Below, piece after piece: positions 19,096-29,343 of a stretch of DNA of 64,000 nucleotides. This DNA comes from Promethearchaeota archaeon (GTDB lineage Archaea; Asgardarchaeota; Lokiarchaeia; Sigyniarchaeales; SOKP01), in NCBI GenBank assembly GCA_016839765.1, contig JAEOTP010000087.1, positions 1 to 64,000 on the forward strand. Direction: 5' to 3'. The stretch's first letter is position 1; every line of letters starts with the position of its first letter. Both the position numbers and the translations under genes were made by a program. The notes beneath the pieces are model-generated. The model ran no database searches and was not told the origin of the DNA. It saw only the letters and a list, made by a program, of their open reading frames with translations.

Positions 19096-19446
19096 TTATT
19101 CGTTCAAAATTTTGACATTTTTTAATGGTATCCATCCAGTTTTATTATTTTCATCAATTACCCAAATCCAACCATATGATTCTTTTTCAATAGTTAGGAT
19201 TTGCCCGGCATATACTGTTAATTCTATTGAATTATAATCTTGGATAAATTTAGCTCGAGTTTCTTGAAGTTCTATATGATCCATTGGAACCCATCTTCCT
19301 TCGTCATCATTCTTAACGCACCAAATCCAGCCAGACCATTCACATTTTTTATTTTCAATTCTTAATATTTCACCCTTATTCACTATAAAAGGATCTGGAT
19401 AAGCGGATTTATAATCTTCTACAACTTTACAGGCTTTTTTTTTCAT
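19096..19446 (-). CDS. Tandem SH3-domain protein (prokaryotic type)
   Basis: Two SH3-like units: YKSAYPDP...GWIWC...GRWVP and DYNSIELTV..G...GWIWV...GWIP. Confidence 0.8.
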   Translation of the reverse strand: MKKKACKVVEDYKSAYPDPFIVNKGEILRIENKKCEWSGWIWCVKNDDEGRWVPMDHIELQETRAKFIQDYNSIELTVYAGQILTIEKESYGWIWVIDENNKTGWIPLKNVKILNE

Positions 19447-19606
19447 GATCTATCTAATATTTAGTATAAAAAAAAAGGTAGTAAAAAGACTATTTTAAAA
19501 ATAAGTTCGTGAAACCCCCCTTTCATGTAAATTTATATATATCCATAAAATATCCAAGAGAATATGAGGATATTATTCTAAATTAGCTAAGGATATAAAA
19601 AAAATC

Positions 19607-20890
19607 CTATAAATCACCACATAGAAAAACAAGTATTTCTTTTAGTAAAGTTTTTATGTCTCTAATTCTAGTAAATTCATTTTCTGCATGAGCTTTAGAT
19701 GTTGGAGATTCGATACCTGTTAAAATAACATCTTCTTTATTAAGTATTTCAGCTACGAATCCCATATCGGTAGAAGCTGAAGTTCCAATAATTTGAATCT
19801 TATCTTCAAAAATATTATTCACTATTGCCATGGTTTTTTTCCATCGTTTAATAATCGGCAAATTATGATTTACTTTTAAAGGAGGATTATCATATCTAAA
19901 AGACAATTTAACATCTAACGCCTTACTTTTCTCCTTTCCTTTATTAATTGATTTTAAGATTTCTTGTTTAACATCTTCAAATTTCTCATCTGGTATAATT
20001 CTTCTATTAATTATTAATTTACAGTATCCCGGGATTATATTCTCTTTTTTACCTGATTCTATAATTACTAGACTAAACATCGGTCTTAATTTTTCACCAA
20101 TTTTATCTCGAGGATCTCCAGGAATGTCGGCACTTCTTCGTTTTTCAACTTTTTTCTTGAGAGCCATTAATTCATTTAAAATAGGAAGTGCTTCTTCTAT
20201 AGCATTTATTCCTAAAAAGTTGTAGCCTGAATGACAACTCTTTCCAATGATCTCAATTAGTACATTTAAATCACCACCAGTTCCTACGGGAATTAAAGGA
20301 GTAATCACTCCATCCATACAAAACATGGTTCCCTTTATATATCCTTGTTCTGCAAGATAACGAATTCCTGGATAAACCCCCACTTCCTCATCTGTACAAT
20401 TTAAAACTTGAATATTAAATTTTGGCTTAAGATTTAATTTATCTATAATCTGAAGAGCCAATATTAGACATACCATATCACCTTTCATGTCTGCTGTGCC
20501 TCTACCATAAATCTTTCCACTTTTTACTAATGTTGCTTCAAATGGCGGAAAACGCCATTTACTTTGCCCCTCTGTTAATGCTGGCACCACATCCATATGA
20601 CCATAAAAAGTAAGCCATTTTTCTAGATTATAATCTTTTGTTGCAATGAGATTGATACGAGGTCCTTCTAGAGGGTATGGAATTTGTTGAATTAACTTTT
20701 CTGGAATAATAATTTCCTCCAATGTGAAACCCAATTCGATAAAATATGGTGAAATGGTATCGACATACTTACGATAAGTATTACCAGGAGGAACTGAAGT
20801 ATCTATTTTAATAAGTTTCTTCATAATTTCCATAATTCTTTCTTCCTGTAAATTATCTACATCCTTGAAAATTTTCTTTAAATTTATCAA
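19607..20890 (-). CDS. M20 family metallopeptidase/deacylase (ArgE/DapE-like)
   Basis: GHMDVVP, YGRGTADMKG, DEEVG and AHAENE. Confidence 0.92.
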   Translation of the reverse strand: MINLKKIFKDVDNLQEERIMEIMKKLIKIDTSVPPGNTYRKYVDTISPYFIELGFTLEEIIIPEKLIQQIPYPLEGPRINLIATKDYNLEKWLTFYGHMDVVPALTEGQSKWRFPPFEATLVKSGKIYGRGTADMKGDMVCLILALQIIDKLNLKPKFNIQVLNCTDEEVGVYPGIRYLAEQGYIKGTMFCMDGVITPLIPVGTGGDLNVLIEIIGKSCHSGYNFLGINAIEEALPILNELMALKKKVEKRRSADIPGDPRDKIGEKLRPMFSLVIIESGKKENIIPGYCKLIINRRIIPDEKFEDVKQEILKSINKGKEKSKALDVKLSFRYDNPPLKVNHNLPIIKRWKKTMAIVNNIFEDKIQIIGTSASTDMGFVAEILNKEDVILTGIESPTSKAHAENEFTRIRDIKTLLKEILVFLCGDL

Positions 20891-21007
20891 AAATCAATCT
20901 CGTCTTATAAATTAATACTGATGAAAAGAAAAATGTGCAATTTCTTAAATTCTTTTTTCTAAAGAAATACTATTAATAGTTTAATTCTTTTAAAGAAAAA
21001 GAAAAGA

Positions 21008-22114
21008 TTACCACAATAAAATTTTATTACAATTTTTGCATGTACCTTCATTTATCTGCATATTTAAACACGTTTCATGATATGGTGTTTTACAGGCATT
21101 ACACATATAAATTTTGCCAGTATATTCCCCAAAGTCATATCCACAATAACCGCATGTACTAGCAAATGAAAATTCATAGCTATTTACATTTACTTCTACA
21201 ATTTGTGCAGTTCCTGTTAATCCGCTTACCGCGTCCGAAGGATTTAAAAAATTGTTTTGCTGACTTGGTGTTACATATTGCTGTTGAGGTTGTTGAGCTT
21301 GTTCCCAATTAGATACATATCCAGGGGTAGTGGGCTTTGAAATACCTGTTTTTTGAGAAACTTTTTCGTCTAAAATATTAGTAAGTATTAGTGCTGAAGC
21401 ATACTTTCCTTTAGCGCCTCCCTTTTGTAAATGAGTATGGGAGATCATATGAATTACTCTGCCACCAGCTTTACCATAATCAAAATATACAAAAACAGGA
21501 GATTCTCCCCACTTTCTTAGGATTTCTTGCGATGATATTAAAACATGAACTGCCGGATTCAATATACTAATGGGAAAACTCTTAGTCTCCAACCACCATC
21601 GAAATTCTGTTTTTTTAGTATTTTTTGAGGCTCCTTTTTGCCATTTACTCTGTTGAATTTCAGTTAAGACACCATCCAAAAATGGATGGTTTGGTTCCAT
21701 AATTTGGCAGGCAACGACGGCATCAGCAGTTTTTTTTCCATTCCAGCGAATATATCCTGGAAAAATAACTTCAACCATAGTTTTTATTGCCCAATCTGTG
21801 GTAATTAACCAGCCTCCATGTGATGATACATATTCTTTAATTTTTGGATAAGCTGAATGCGGTACTCCATCAGCTGGGCATCCAATCAACACAACATCAT
21901 AATCTTTAAGGTTATATTTCATGATTTGTTTTGGTTTTATTGTCTCATGAGCTGCGGCATACATATGTTCAATAATTTTTTTTGGTTTTTCATAACGTCC
22001 TTCAACAGCCAAAATTTTACCATGTTCTTCAACTGCTTTTACAACATCCTTTTTATTGAGAGCTTCCATTTTACGTTGCTTAACTTCAGAATACAAATCT
22101 TTCCAGCTACTCAT
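21008..22114 (-). CDS. Class I GAT-like fold domain, Q/P-rich linker and C-terminal C4HC3 RING/PHD-like zinc finger
   Basis: YDVVLIGCP...IKEYVSSHGGWLITTDWA; linker QAQQPQQQ...QQNN; finger C-x2-C-x13-C-x2-C-x4-H-x2-C-x9-C-x2-C. Confidence 0.65.
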   Translation of the reverse strand: MSSWKDLYSEVKQRKMEALNKKDVVKAVEEHGKILAVEGRYEKPKKIIEHMYAAAHETIKPKQIMKYNLKDYDVVLIGCPADGVPHSAYPKIKEYVSSHGGWLITTDWAIKTMVEVIFPGYIRWNGKKTADAVVACQIMEPNHPFLDGVLTEIQQSKWQKGASKNTKKTEFRWWLETKSFPISILNPAVHVLISSQEILRKWGESPVFVYFDYGKAGGRVIHMISHTHLQKGGAKGKYASALILTNILDEKVSQKTGISKPTTPGYVSNWEQAQQPQQQYVTPSQQNNFLNPSDAVSGLTGTAQIVEVNVNSYEFSFASTCGYCGYDFGEYTGKIYMCNACKTPYHETCLNMQINEGTCKNCNKILLW

Positions 22115-22197
22115 TTAAAAATCTCTCACGTTAAGATTATAAGAAAATTAATATTATTTTAATAAGTAATAAAAAATAATGCATATTTATATTTTCA

Positions 22198-23709
22198 TTG
22201 AAAGCGATTATGATGGAAGATTTAAAAGAATTGGGTAAACCTTTAGAATTTTGGGAATATTTTTTCGAAATATCAAAAATTCCTCGATGCTCTGGTAATG
22301 AGGATCAAATGAGAATTTTTATTCAAAAAGAAGCAGATAAAATGGGTTTCCAAACTAGTATAGATCGCGTTAACAACATAGTAATTAAAATTCCTTCAAA
22401 AGTAAAAAGTAAAGAGTTAGGAGTTATTTTACAAAGCCACATGGATATGGTTTGCGAAAAGAATGATGATGTTAAGCACGACTTTTCGAAAGATCCGCTA
22501 GATCTGAATTTAATTGAAATTAATAATGAAAAGTGGATAACCGCAAATGGAACTACTTTAGGAGCGGATAATGCTGTTGGAATGGCTTACCAACTAGCGA
22601 TTATGAAAAAAATCAATAAAGGAGAGTTAGATTTAGGCCCTATTTCATTAGATCTTTTGTTTACTGTAGATGAAGAGAGAGGTCTAACTGGTGCAAGTCA
22701 AATTGATAAAAATATGATAAGTGGCTCCTATATGATAAATCTTGATTCAGAAGAAGAAAATAGATTTACTATTGGTGCTGCAGGAGGAAGAGTTTTTGAA
22801 GTTATTGTAAAAGACGGAAGACAATCTGTAGATAATGAAAAAAAAGTAATCCCAATGAAACTTTCAGTTATAGGACTGGTGGGTGGACATTCTGGGGGGG
22901 ATATTAATAAAGGTAGAGCAAATGCACTAAAAATAATTTCTCAAATTTTATGGAAATTAAAAAAGAAATATGATATTTATATTAATTCCTTAAATGGGGG
23001 TAATTTGGATAATGCTATTCCAAGAGAAGCGGAAGCTATATTTTTTATTGAAGAGAATGAGCTTTCTGAGATAATTAATTTTATTAATAACAATTCTCCG
23101 CATATTAAGATGTTATATAATGGAATTGAATCGAATATGGAAATTACAATTCAAAAGTTAGAAAATTTTAATGAATCTTCAATCATTTCCAAAGAATTAC
23201 AGAATAAATTAATAGACTTATTATTTTCAATGCCAAACGGTCCCATTTCGATACATCCTATAACTAAAGAATTAGTACATACTTCTACTAACTTTGCTTC
23301 AATAAGGACTGAAAAAAATTCTATAAATTTTGTAATAAGCCAAAGGAGTCTAACTCAATACGATTTAGACGAAATATATGATAAGTTTTTAACTTTGTTT
23401 GAAATATCTGGTTTGGATTTAAATGTAAATATCAAATATGAATACCCAAGTTGGCCTCCAAATTTCAATTCAAAAATTTCAAAGCTATCTAAAAAAATAT
23501 ATAAAGAATTATTCAATAATGAAGTTATAATTCAAGCGATTCATGCAGGTTTAGAATGTGCCTATTTTAATTATCATTATTCAAATATGGAGATAATTTC
23601 TATTGGACCAGATATAATTGATGTTCATTCACCAGATGAACGTTTAAAAATAAATAGTGTAGAAAAAATTTGGAATTTCTTGATAGCATTATTAAAGAAA
23701 TTAGTATAG
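22198..23709 (+). CDS. pepD: Aminoacyl-histidine (beta-Ala-His) dipeptidase, M20C
   Basis: LQSHMDMVCEK, TTLGADN, DEERGLTGA, GGHSG, IHAGLEC and HSPDE. Confidence 0.94.
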   Translation: MKAIMMEDLKELGKPLEFWEYFFEISKIPRCSGNEDQMRIFIQKEADKMGFQTSIDRVNNIVIKIPSKVKSKELGVILQSHMDMVCEKNDDVKHDFSKDPLDLNLIEINNEKWITANGTTLGADNAVGMAYQLAIMKKINKGELDLGPISLDLLFTVDEERGLTGASQIDKNMISGSYMINLDSEEENRFTIGAAGGRVFEVIVKDGRQSVDNEKKVIPMKLSVIGLVGGHSGGDINKGRANALKIISQILWKLKKKYDIYINSLNGGNLDNAIPREAEAIFFIEENELSEIINFINNNSPHIKMLYNGIESNMEITIQKLENFNESSIISKELQNKLIDLLFSMPNGPISIHPITKELVHTSTNFASIRTEKNSINFVISQRSLTQYDLDEIYDKFLTLFEISGLDLNVNIKYEYPSWPPNFNSKISKLSKKIYKELFNNEVIIQAIHAGLECAYFNYHYSNMEIISIGPDIIDVHSPDERLKINSVEKIWNFLIALLKKLV

Positions 23710-23793
23710 ATATTCTGAAAAGAAGATGAATAATTAAAAAGATTTTAATTTAAAGAAGATTAATTAATTTTAGAAAAAACACAAATAAGAACC

Positions 23794-24306
23794 ATGCAAA
23801 AACGAAAAACTGTTAAAGAAGAAATCAGTGGTTCAGAAACAGTTTTTGAAAAAATAAAGAGTAAGACTCCTTGGATCTTTGGAAATTCATTAAGGAAACC
23901 TAAAATAGCCTATCCGCAGATAAAACTTCCTAAAATGGATATGCCTTTACCAGGTAAGTCTTTAGTGGTTATAGGAATTTATATTATTCTATTCCTACTT
24001 CAGATGGGGATAGTATATATTATTTATAGAGAACCTGTAGCAATAGGAGCAGATCAACAAGGTAATGCTGTTCTTTTATATCCTGATCTTAACGAAGCTT
24101 TTATAATTGAGAGTATAGTAGCTTCAATTTTCATTTTTCTTTGTTCTATAGGATTTTTATTAGTCTATCAAGCATCCAAATATGTATATAATAAGAAAAC
24201 GGCAGTAAAAATTCTTGTAATAGGAATAATTTTAGTTATTACTGCTTTTGTTGCATTACAAGCAATAATAACAATAAAACTTGGCGAAAGGTTATTTAAT
24301 GTTTAA
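23794..24306 (+). CDS. Oligosaccharyltransferase subunit, OSTC/DC2-like (OST3/OST6 family)
   Basis: Three TM helices. IKLPKMDMPLP...GIVYIIYREPVAIGADQQG...LNEAFIIESIVASIFIFLCSIGFLL parallels DC2 (LKKP..MP...GIIYDVIVEPPSVGS...[25 protein letters not shown], recalled from memory). Confidence 0.72.
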   Translation: MQKRKTVKEEISGSETVFEKIKSKTPWIFGNSLRKPKIAYPQIKLPKMDMPLPGKSLVVIGIYIILFLLQMGIVYIIYREPVAIGADQQGNAVLLYPDLNEAFIIESIVASIFIFLCSIGFLLVYQASKYVYNKKTAVKILVIGIILVITAFVALQAIITIKLGERLFNV

Positions 24307-24451
24307 CTCTTTAGAAGAAAAAACTCATTAATTTATTTTAAACACAGAAGATCTTAATTTCTGGTAATTTGAGTTAAATCTTAAGCTATTTAAATAAAAT
24401 CAAAAAAAAAAGAATAAATTAGGGGTATTTAATCTAAAATTTAATAATGAT

Positions 24452-24853
24452 TTATTTTAGTGTGTCAATGAAAGCTTTATAAGCGGCTTCATCTAATAAA
24501 TTTCCTTTCTCTGCATCCCAATTTGAAGGCTTAACCTTAAATAACCACGCAGAGAGAGCATCTTCATTGATGTTTTCAGGTTCATCCATTAAATCAGCAT
24601 TAACTTCAGTAACTGTACCTGAAACTGGACTATAAATATCTCCAACAGCTTTACTTGATTCAACAGTACAATCCAATGGATCGCTACTTGGCTCATCACC
24701 ATCCATCTTAACTTGATCTATGGTAGCTCCTTCAAGAGCCTCAACATCTACAAAAGAAATTTCACCTAATTGTTCAGCAGCAAAGGGAGTAATTCCAACC
24801 TCTCCAGTTTCATCATTAAACCATTGATGGGTTTTAGTAAACCAAATTGTCAT
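24452..24853 (-). CDS. gcvH: Glycine cleavage system H protein (lipoyl carrier)
   Basis: FTKTHQW, VGIT..A.EQLGEI and the lipoyl-lysine motif VESSKAVGDIYSPVSG. Confidence 0.92.
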   Translation of the reverse strand: MTIWFTKTHQWFNDETGEVGITPFAAEQLGEISFVDVEALEGATIDQVKMDGDEPSSDPLDCTVESSKAVGDIYSPVSGTVTEVNADLMDEPENINEDALSAWLFKVKPSNWDAEKGNLLDEAAYKAFIDTLK

Positions 24854-24984
24854 ACTATATCAAACTCCTTGTTAATAATTTTATGAATTATAATTATATT
24901 GAATTTAATTGTATGATAAAATTAATTATATCAAAAATATAAAATTTTTTTATTAGTTATACTCTTAAAATTGAATTCATTAAA

Positions 24985-25827
24985 ATGATAGCTTCCTTAA
25001 AAGATAGGATTAACTTTTATGAAGAATTCAAACAATTTTATTCTAAAATAGTAAAAGATTTCAAGTTCGATCGCCATAGTGACAATGAAGCAAGAAATTT
25101 CTTACACGAAATTATATTAAAAAAATCTAAAGAATGGAATCTTGAAAAAGTTCTTGGTTCTCTTAATAGTCTTATTAAAAGCAAAGATATAATTTTAGTA
25201 TACGGTTGTGGTCCTTCTTTAGAAGAAACAATAGATTATATTCTTGATACTAAAGGAAAGGAAGTTTTTAATAATTTTCTTAATTTCACTGCAGATGGAG
25301 CATCCAGATTATTACGAGAAAATGAAATACGCGTTGATGCTGTTTTTACGGATTTAGACGGAATAACGGATATGGAATTTTACTATTCAAAATTTGTAGT
25401 CCTTCATGCTCATGGAGATAATCTAGATAAATTGCAAGATTTTGAAAAACATATTATTAGATTTGAAAATTTAATATGTACTACTCAAGTAGAACCTCTT
25501 GAAAATATTATTAATCATGGTGGTTTTACTGATGGAGATCGAATTTTATTTTTTTTAAAATCTCTAGTATCATCGGAACACAAAATATTTTTAATTGGGA
25601 TGGATTTTAACAAATTTATTGGAAAATATAGCAAAATTGGTAAACTTGAGAATTTTAAAGGTTCAAAAATTAAAATTATGAAATTAAGATACGCAAGGAC
25701 CTTAATAGAATGGATTCAAAATAAGATTAAATGTCCAATTTATTATGTAAATTCCACAACGAAATCTAAGAGCTTTCTAAACATTTCATTAAATAGTTTT
25801 AAGAAAGCAGTTTTAGATAAATATTAA
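24985..25827 (+). CDS. mptE: 6-hydroxymethyl-7,8-dihydropterin pyrophosphokinase (DUF115)
   Basis: GCGPSL, ADGA, TDLDG, HAHGDN, TTQ, GGFTDGDR and GMDF. Confidence 0.88.
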   Translation: MIASLKDRINFYEEFKQFYSKIVKDFKFDRHSDNEARNFLHEIILKKSKEWNLEKVLGSLNSLIKSKDIILVYGCGPSLEETIDYILDTKGKEVFNNFLNFTADGASRLLRENEIRVDAVFTDLDGITDMEFYYSKFVVLHAHGDNLDKLQDFEKHIIRFENLICTTQVEPLENIINHGGFTDGDRILFFLKSLVSSEHKIFLIGMDFNKFIGKYSKIGKLENFKGSKIKIMKLRYARTLIEWIQNKIKCPIYYVNSTTKSKSFLNISLNSFKKAVLDKY

Positions 25828-26622
25828 TTAGAGTTTATAATCTTTAATTCCTTCAGAAGTTATTTTATATAATGCTTTTTTTTCTGGAAGGGAAAAAGAA
25901 TTAACTAAATGGGCATATCCAATTGATTCTTCCTTAAAGCTTAAATATAAGAACTCTGAAAAGAAGTGGCTAAGAAATTGAATTCCTACGGGAATGTGAT
26001 TAATAATAGAGTTATTAACAAAATTAGGAGTAATTTGAGCTGTTATTATTGTTATTAAGTTATATTTGTCAGTAATATGATTAAAATATTCCAAGATTTT
26101 CATAAAAGTTGTTTTAGCTTTTAAATAGCTAATATTTGAATCAGCTTGCTCAAGGCGATAGTGATTATTAATTGAATCTATCAAAATCACTTTGAAATTT
26201 TTACTTTTTATCAAGTTTTTAATATTTTTCAAATTTAAGAGGAACATCGAATTACTCATGATCTTTGAAACTAAAATACTTTTTAATACCTCAGCTGAAT
26301 TAAGTCTTTGAATTTCTGCTAGTTCATTAATTCTCTCTGGTCGAAAGGTATTTTCAGTATCTATATAAATAGAATTAGAAAATTTTTTATATGCTTCAAT
26401 GCATAACTGATGACATAATTGAGTTTTCCCAGTACTATTTTCTCCAAATATTAAATATTTTTTTCCTGAATGGAATCCCCCATTCATTATTTTATTCAAA
26501 TCTTTTGACCCTGAACATGATAAATTGGATTGTTTTAAATTTTTACCTTGTTCATTAATTATAACATTAGCATCAACGTATTGATTTGTTTTATTAAGAA
26601 ATTTGGAAATGTCAATATTCAT
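25828..26622 (-). CDS. RadA/Rad51 paralogue (ATPase core only)
   Basis: Walker A GENSTGKTQLCHQL, YIDTENTFRPERI and Walker B ILIDS. No N-terminal HhH domain. Confidence 0.85.
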   Translation of the reverse strand: MNIDISKFLNKTNQYVDANVIINEQGKNLKQSNLSCSGSKDLNKIMNGGFHSGKKYLIFGENSTGKTQLCHQLCIEAYKKFSNSIYIDTENTFRPERINELAEIQRLNSAEVLKSILVSKIMSNSMFLLNLKNIKNLIKSKNFKVILIDSINNHYRLEQADSNISYLKAKTTFMKILEYFNHITDKYNLITIITAQITPNFVNNSIINHIPVGIQFLSHFFSEFLYLSFKEESIGYAHLVNSFSLPEKKALYKITSEGIKDYKL

Positions 26623-26773
26623 CTTTTATCTATAAATTTTATTTAAAATCTTTAATTACTATGAAGAATTTAATCAATAAAACATTAATAAGTAATACTA
26701 AAAAAATAAAACAAAAAATTAATTTTGAAATAATCATAAAGTATATTGCTAAACTAAATAATCAATATTAAAC

Positions 26774-27385
26774 ATGGCAAAGAAAAAAAAAGAAGTTTGT
26801 CCTTATTGTGGCAATAGTTTTGCATATTTATCGCGCCATAAATGTAAAGTAAAAGAAAGATTGGAGAGTCCTGAAGATTCTGATAAATCTGAGGTTGATA
26901 GAAGAATAGAAAGAATAGAAGAAAGGAAAAAACATTTCTCTAGGAATCTTAAAAAAGAAGAAAAGATTGTTCTTGACATTATAAATAAAAGAGGAAATTT
27001 ATATTTTGAAGATCTACTAGAAATTACGAATAAAAATCGCAATGAATTGGATGATATTTTAGACATTTTATCTTTACAATCAAAAATTAAACTAAGAAGA
27101 GAATTAGTTGATGCATCTTGGACAAAATTCATATCTGCTATTGAGGAAATTGAATTAAAAGTAAAAGATGTAAAAATTGATGAAAAAAAAAAGGATTTTA
27201 TCTTAGATATTTTTTCATATCAACCATGCTTAATTTGTCCATTCATCAATAGGTGTAGTGAAACTAGTAATGATCAATTTAATCCTAAGGTTTGTCCCTG
27301 GCTCACAGATTGGATTTACTCCTTATTAGAAGGTAGAATGTATAAAGTGAATTTTGAGGAGATTCAATCAGAGACTTTAGAGTAA
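26774..27385 (+). CDS. Rpc34/TFE-beta-like protein (winged helix plus FeS motif) with N-terminal zinc finger
   Basis: C-terminal PCLICPFINRC-x12-CPWLTDW, a central wHTH-like segment and N-terminal CPYC...H.C. Confidence 0.72.
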   Translation: MAKKKKEVCPYCGNSFAYLSRHKCKVKERLESPEDSDKSEVDRRIERIEERKKHFSRNLKKEEKIVLDIINKRGNLYFEDLLEITNKNRNELDDILDILSLQSKIKLRRELVDASWTKFISAIEEIELKVKDVKIDEKKKDFILDIFSYQPCLICPFINRCSETSNDQFNPKVCPWLTDWIYSLLEGRMYKVNFEEIQSETLE

Positions 27386-28021
27386 TTACTTCTTTTTTAA
27401 TGCAATAAGATAAATTTCATTGCTTTTTTTATATGAAGATTTTGGTTTAAAACTTTTAATATTAATGAATTTTTTTTTTAAAACCTTATAAAATTCTTCA
27501 TAATCGTTTCCTTGAAAGAGCTTAATAACAAAGTTTCCTTTATATTTCAAAAATTTTGTTATTTTTAATATTTCATAGCATAGTTTTATTTGTCTTGCTT
27601 GATCACTAAATTTGTTTCCAGATTTATTTATACTTGCATCAGAAATTATTAAATCTAACTTTTCTCTATTAAAATATTCGTTTATTTTATTAGTTAATTC
27701 TTTATTCGTGAGATCCATTCTAACAATTTCTACATCCTCAATTGGAGTTAGCTTCTTAAGATCAACGCCCATAATTTTATAATAGGTTCTAGAGTAGTGA
27801 TTATCATTATATTTTTCTAAATTTTCAATGGCAAATTGTTTTGTAACCTGTAGCCAAGAGCCAGGGGCACTTCCCAAGTCAAGAATATAAAATGCTCTTT
27901 TGAAGATATTAAACCTTTTTTGTATTTCAATAAGTTTAAACGCGGAACGCGCTCTATATCCCTTTTGTTTAGCTTTTCTATAATGAGATTCTTTCCTATG
28001 ATTTACTGGATATTTAGACAC
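27386..28021 (-). CDS. rlmE: 23S rRNA Um2552 2'-O-methyltransferase (RlmE/FtsJ)
   Basis: GYRARSAFKLIEI, LDLGSAPGSW, ISDAS, FVIKLF and KPKSS...SNEIY. Confidence 0.93.
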   Translation of the reverse strand: MSKYPVNHRKESHYRKAKQKGYRARSAFKLIEIQKRFNIFKRAFYILDLGSAPGSWLQVTKQFAIENLEKYNDNHYSRTYYKIMGVDLKKLTPIEDVEIVRMDLTNKELTNKINEYFNREKLDLIISDASINKSGNKFSDQARQIKLCYEILKITKFLKYKGNFVIKLFQGNDYEEFYKVLKKKFINIKSFKPKSSYKKSNEIYLIALKKK

Positions 28022-28033
28022 ATTCGACGACTC

Positions 28034-29284
28034 TTATTTCTCTATTTCAATTAATATTTTTTGTAACTCATTTATTCCAATATCTGTTTTTATTGATAAA
28101 AAATCAAAATGAGTTCTTGAAGCTTGACCACCAATTCTTTTTATTTGTTCAATTATTAAATCAATTTTAGGTATTTGGGATAATTTCAGCCTTTCACATA
28201 AGAGATGTATATTATAGTAAGTAATAGGCATATCAATTTCACTTGATATCAAGCTTAGAATTTTATTAACTTTTTTCTTAGTAAAATGATTTGAGTTTGA
28301 ATTATGAAAAAGAACTCGTTTAATAAATTCTTTATCATGGATTTTTTCAATCCAAAGAGGTCCAGCATATTCAGTTATCTCACTTTCCTTACAAGATGGG
28401 CATTGATGAGGAACTTTTACAATGTTACTACTATATACGGAACGGTGCCCACAATTATTACAGTGTATGATATATCCATAATTAGAAAAGTTAGAATAAA
28501 TCTTATCTTTATTTTGATAAGTATGGGCAATAATTTTTATGAAATGACTTGAATAAAATGTCAATAATGGACTTATGCCGAGATTATTTATATTAGCTAT
28601 TTTTGATATAAAATGAAGTAAAATTCTTGCACCAGTTTCTTTACAATATTCATTATGAAGAGGTTTAGACATATATTTTTTAAAGCATGCTTTCTTTCTG
28701 ACACCAAATAGAACTGCTGTATCAGTTGCAGTTATACATAATAACCCATTTTCTTTTTGAATTAGTTTCAACGCTGAATCAACAAAATGAGAAGGTGTAC
28801 CAAATGGATCGATTATTATTACATTCGGACGCTTAGTTTTTTTTTTTCTTTTTAAATTTAATTTAATTTGTTGGGTTAATTTTAAACATAATAAGTTGGA
28901 ATCTTCATTAGTTACTTCTACATGAGAAGGATTGATCTTATTTAATTCTAGATTTTTTTTTATAAGGTTTATTGCTAAAGGATTTAAATCATTTATATAT
29001 AGTTTTTTGATATTTTTGCATTCTTGTAGCAATCTTATGGACCCTATTCCTGATGCCGCCATAGAATCCAATATTATTAAAGATTCTGGATTAAATAATT
29101 CATTATATGTAATAATAGAAGAAATAGTTATATCACGGTTTATTTCCATCTTTTTATTATAAAAAACCTCCATAGATTTTGATGGAATTTTATCTTTATC
29201 TGAATTATGTATATAAAAATCAACAGAACTTTCTTTCCGTAATAAATATTTTTTCTTCTCTTGACTCTTCTTATTTCTTCTCAT
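28034..29284 (-). CDS. trm1: tRNA (guanine26-N2)-dimethyltransferase
   Basis: VFYN..M..NRD, AASGIGSIR, IDPFGTP, TATDTA, zinc-finger cysteines, GPLW and SRTHF. Confidence 0.93.
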   Translation of the reverse strand: MRRNKKSQEKKKYLLRKESSVDFYIHNSDKDKIPSKSMEVFYNKKMEINRDITISSIITYNELFNPESLIILDSMAASGIGSIRLLQECKNIKKLYINDLNPLAINLIKKNLELNKINPSHVEVTNEDSNLLCLKLTQQIKLNLKRKKKTKRPNVIIIDPFGTPSHFVDSALKLIQKENGLLCITATDTAVLFGVRKKACFKKYMSKPLHNEYCKETGARILLHFISKIANINNLGISPLLTFYSSHFIKIIAHTYQNKDKIYSNFSNYGYIIHCNNCGHRSVYSSNIVKVPHQCPSCKESEITEYAGPLWIEKIHDKEFIKRVLFHNSNSNHFTKKKVNKILSLISSEIDMPITYYNIHLLCERLKLSQIPKIDLIIEQIKRIGGQASRTHFDFLSIKTDIGINELQKILIEIEK

Positions 29285-29343
29285 AATTAAAATTTTTATT
29301 TAATTTATAGAACAAAATAAATTTATTTAATTATAAATAAATT

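Noticed and set aside
19096-19446. Tandem SH3 protein as a eukaryotic signature protein
   Set aside because: The size and motifs (YPDP, GWIWC, DY...EL) fit a small two-SH3 family common in bacteria, so horizontal transfer is more likely.
25825-27388. Convergent genes abutting stop-to-stop with zero gap (25827/25828 and 27385/27386)
   Set aside because: Common in compact AT-rich archaeal genomes, where TAA/TTA sequences are frequent; no evidence of a special mechanism.
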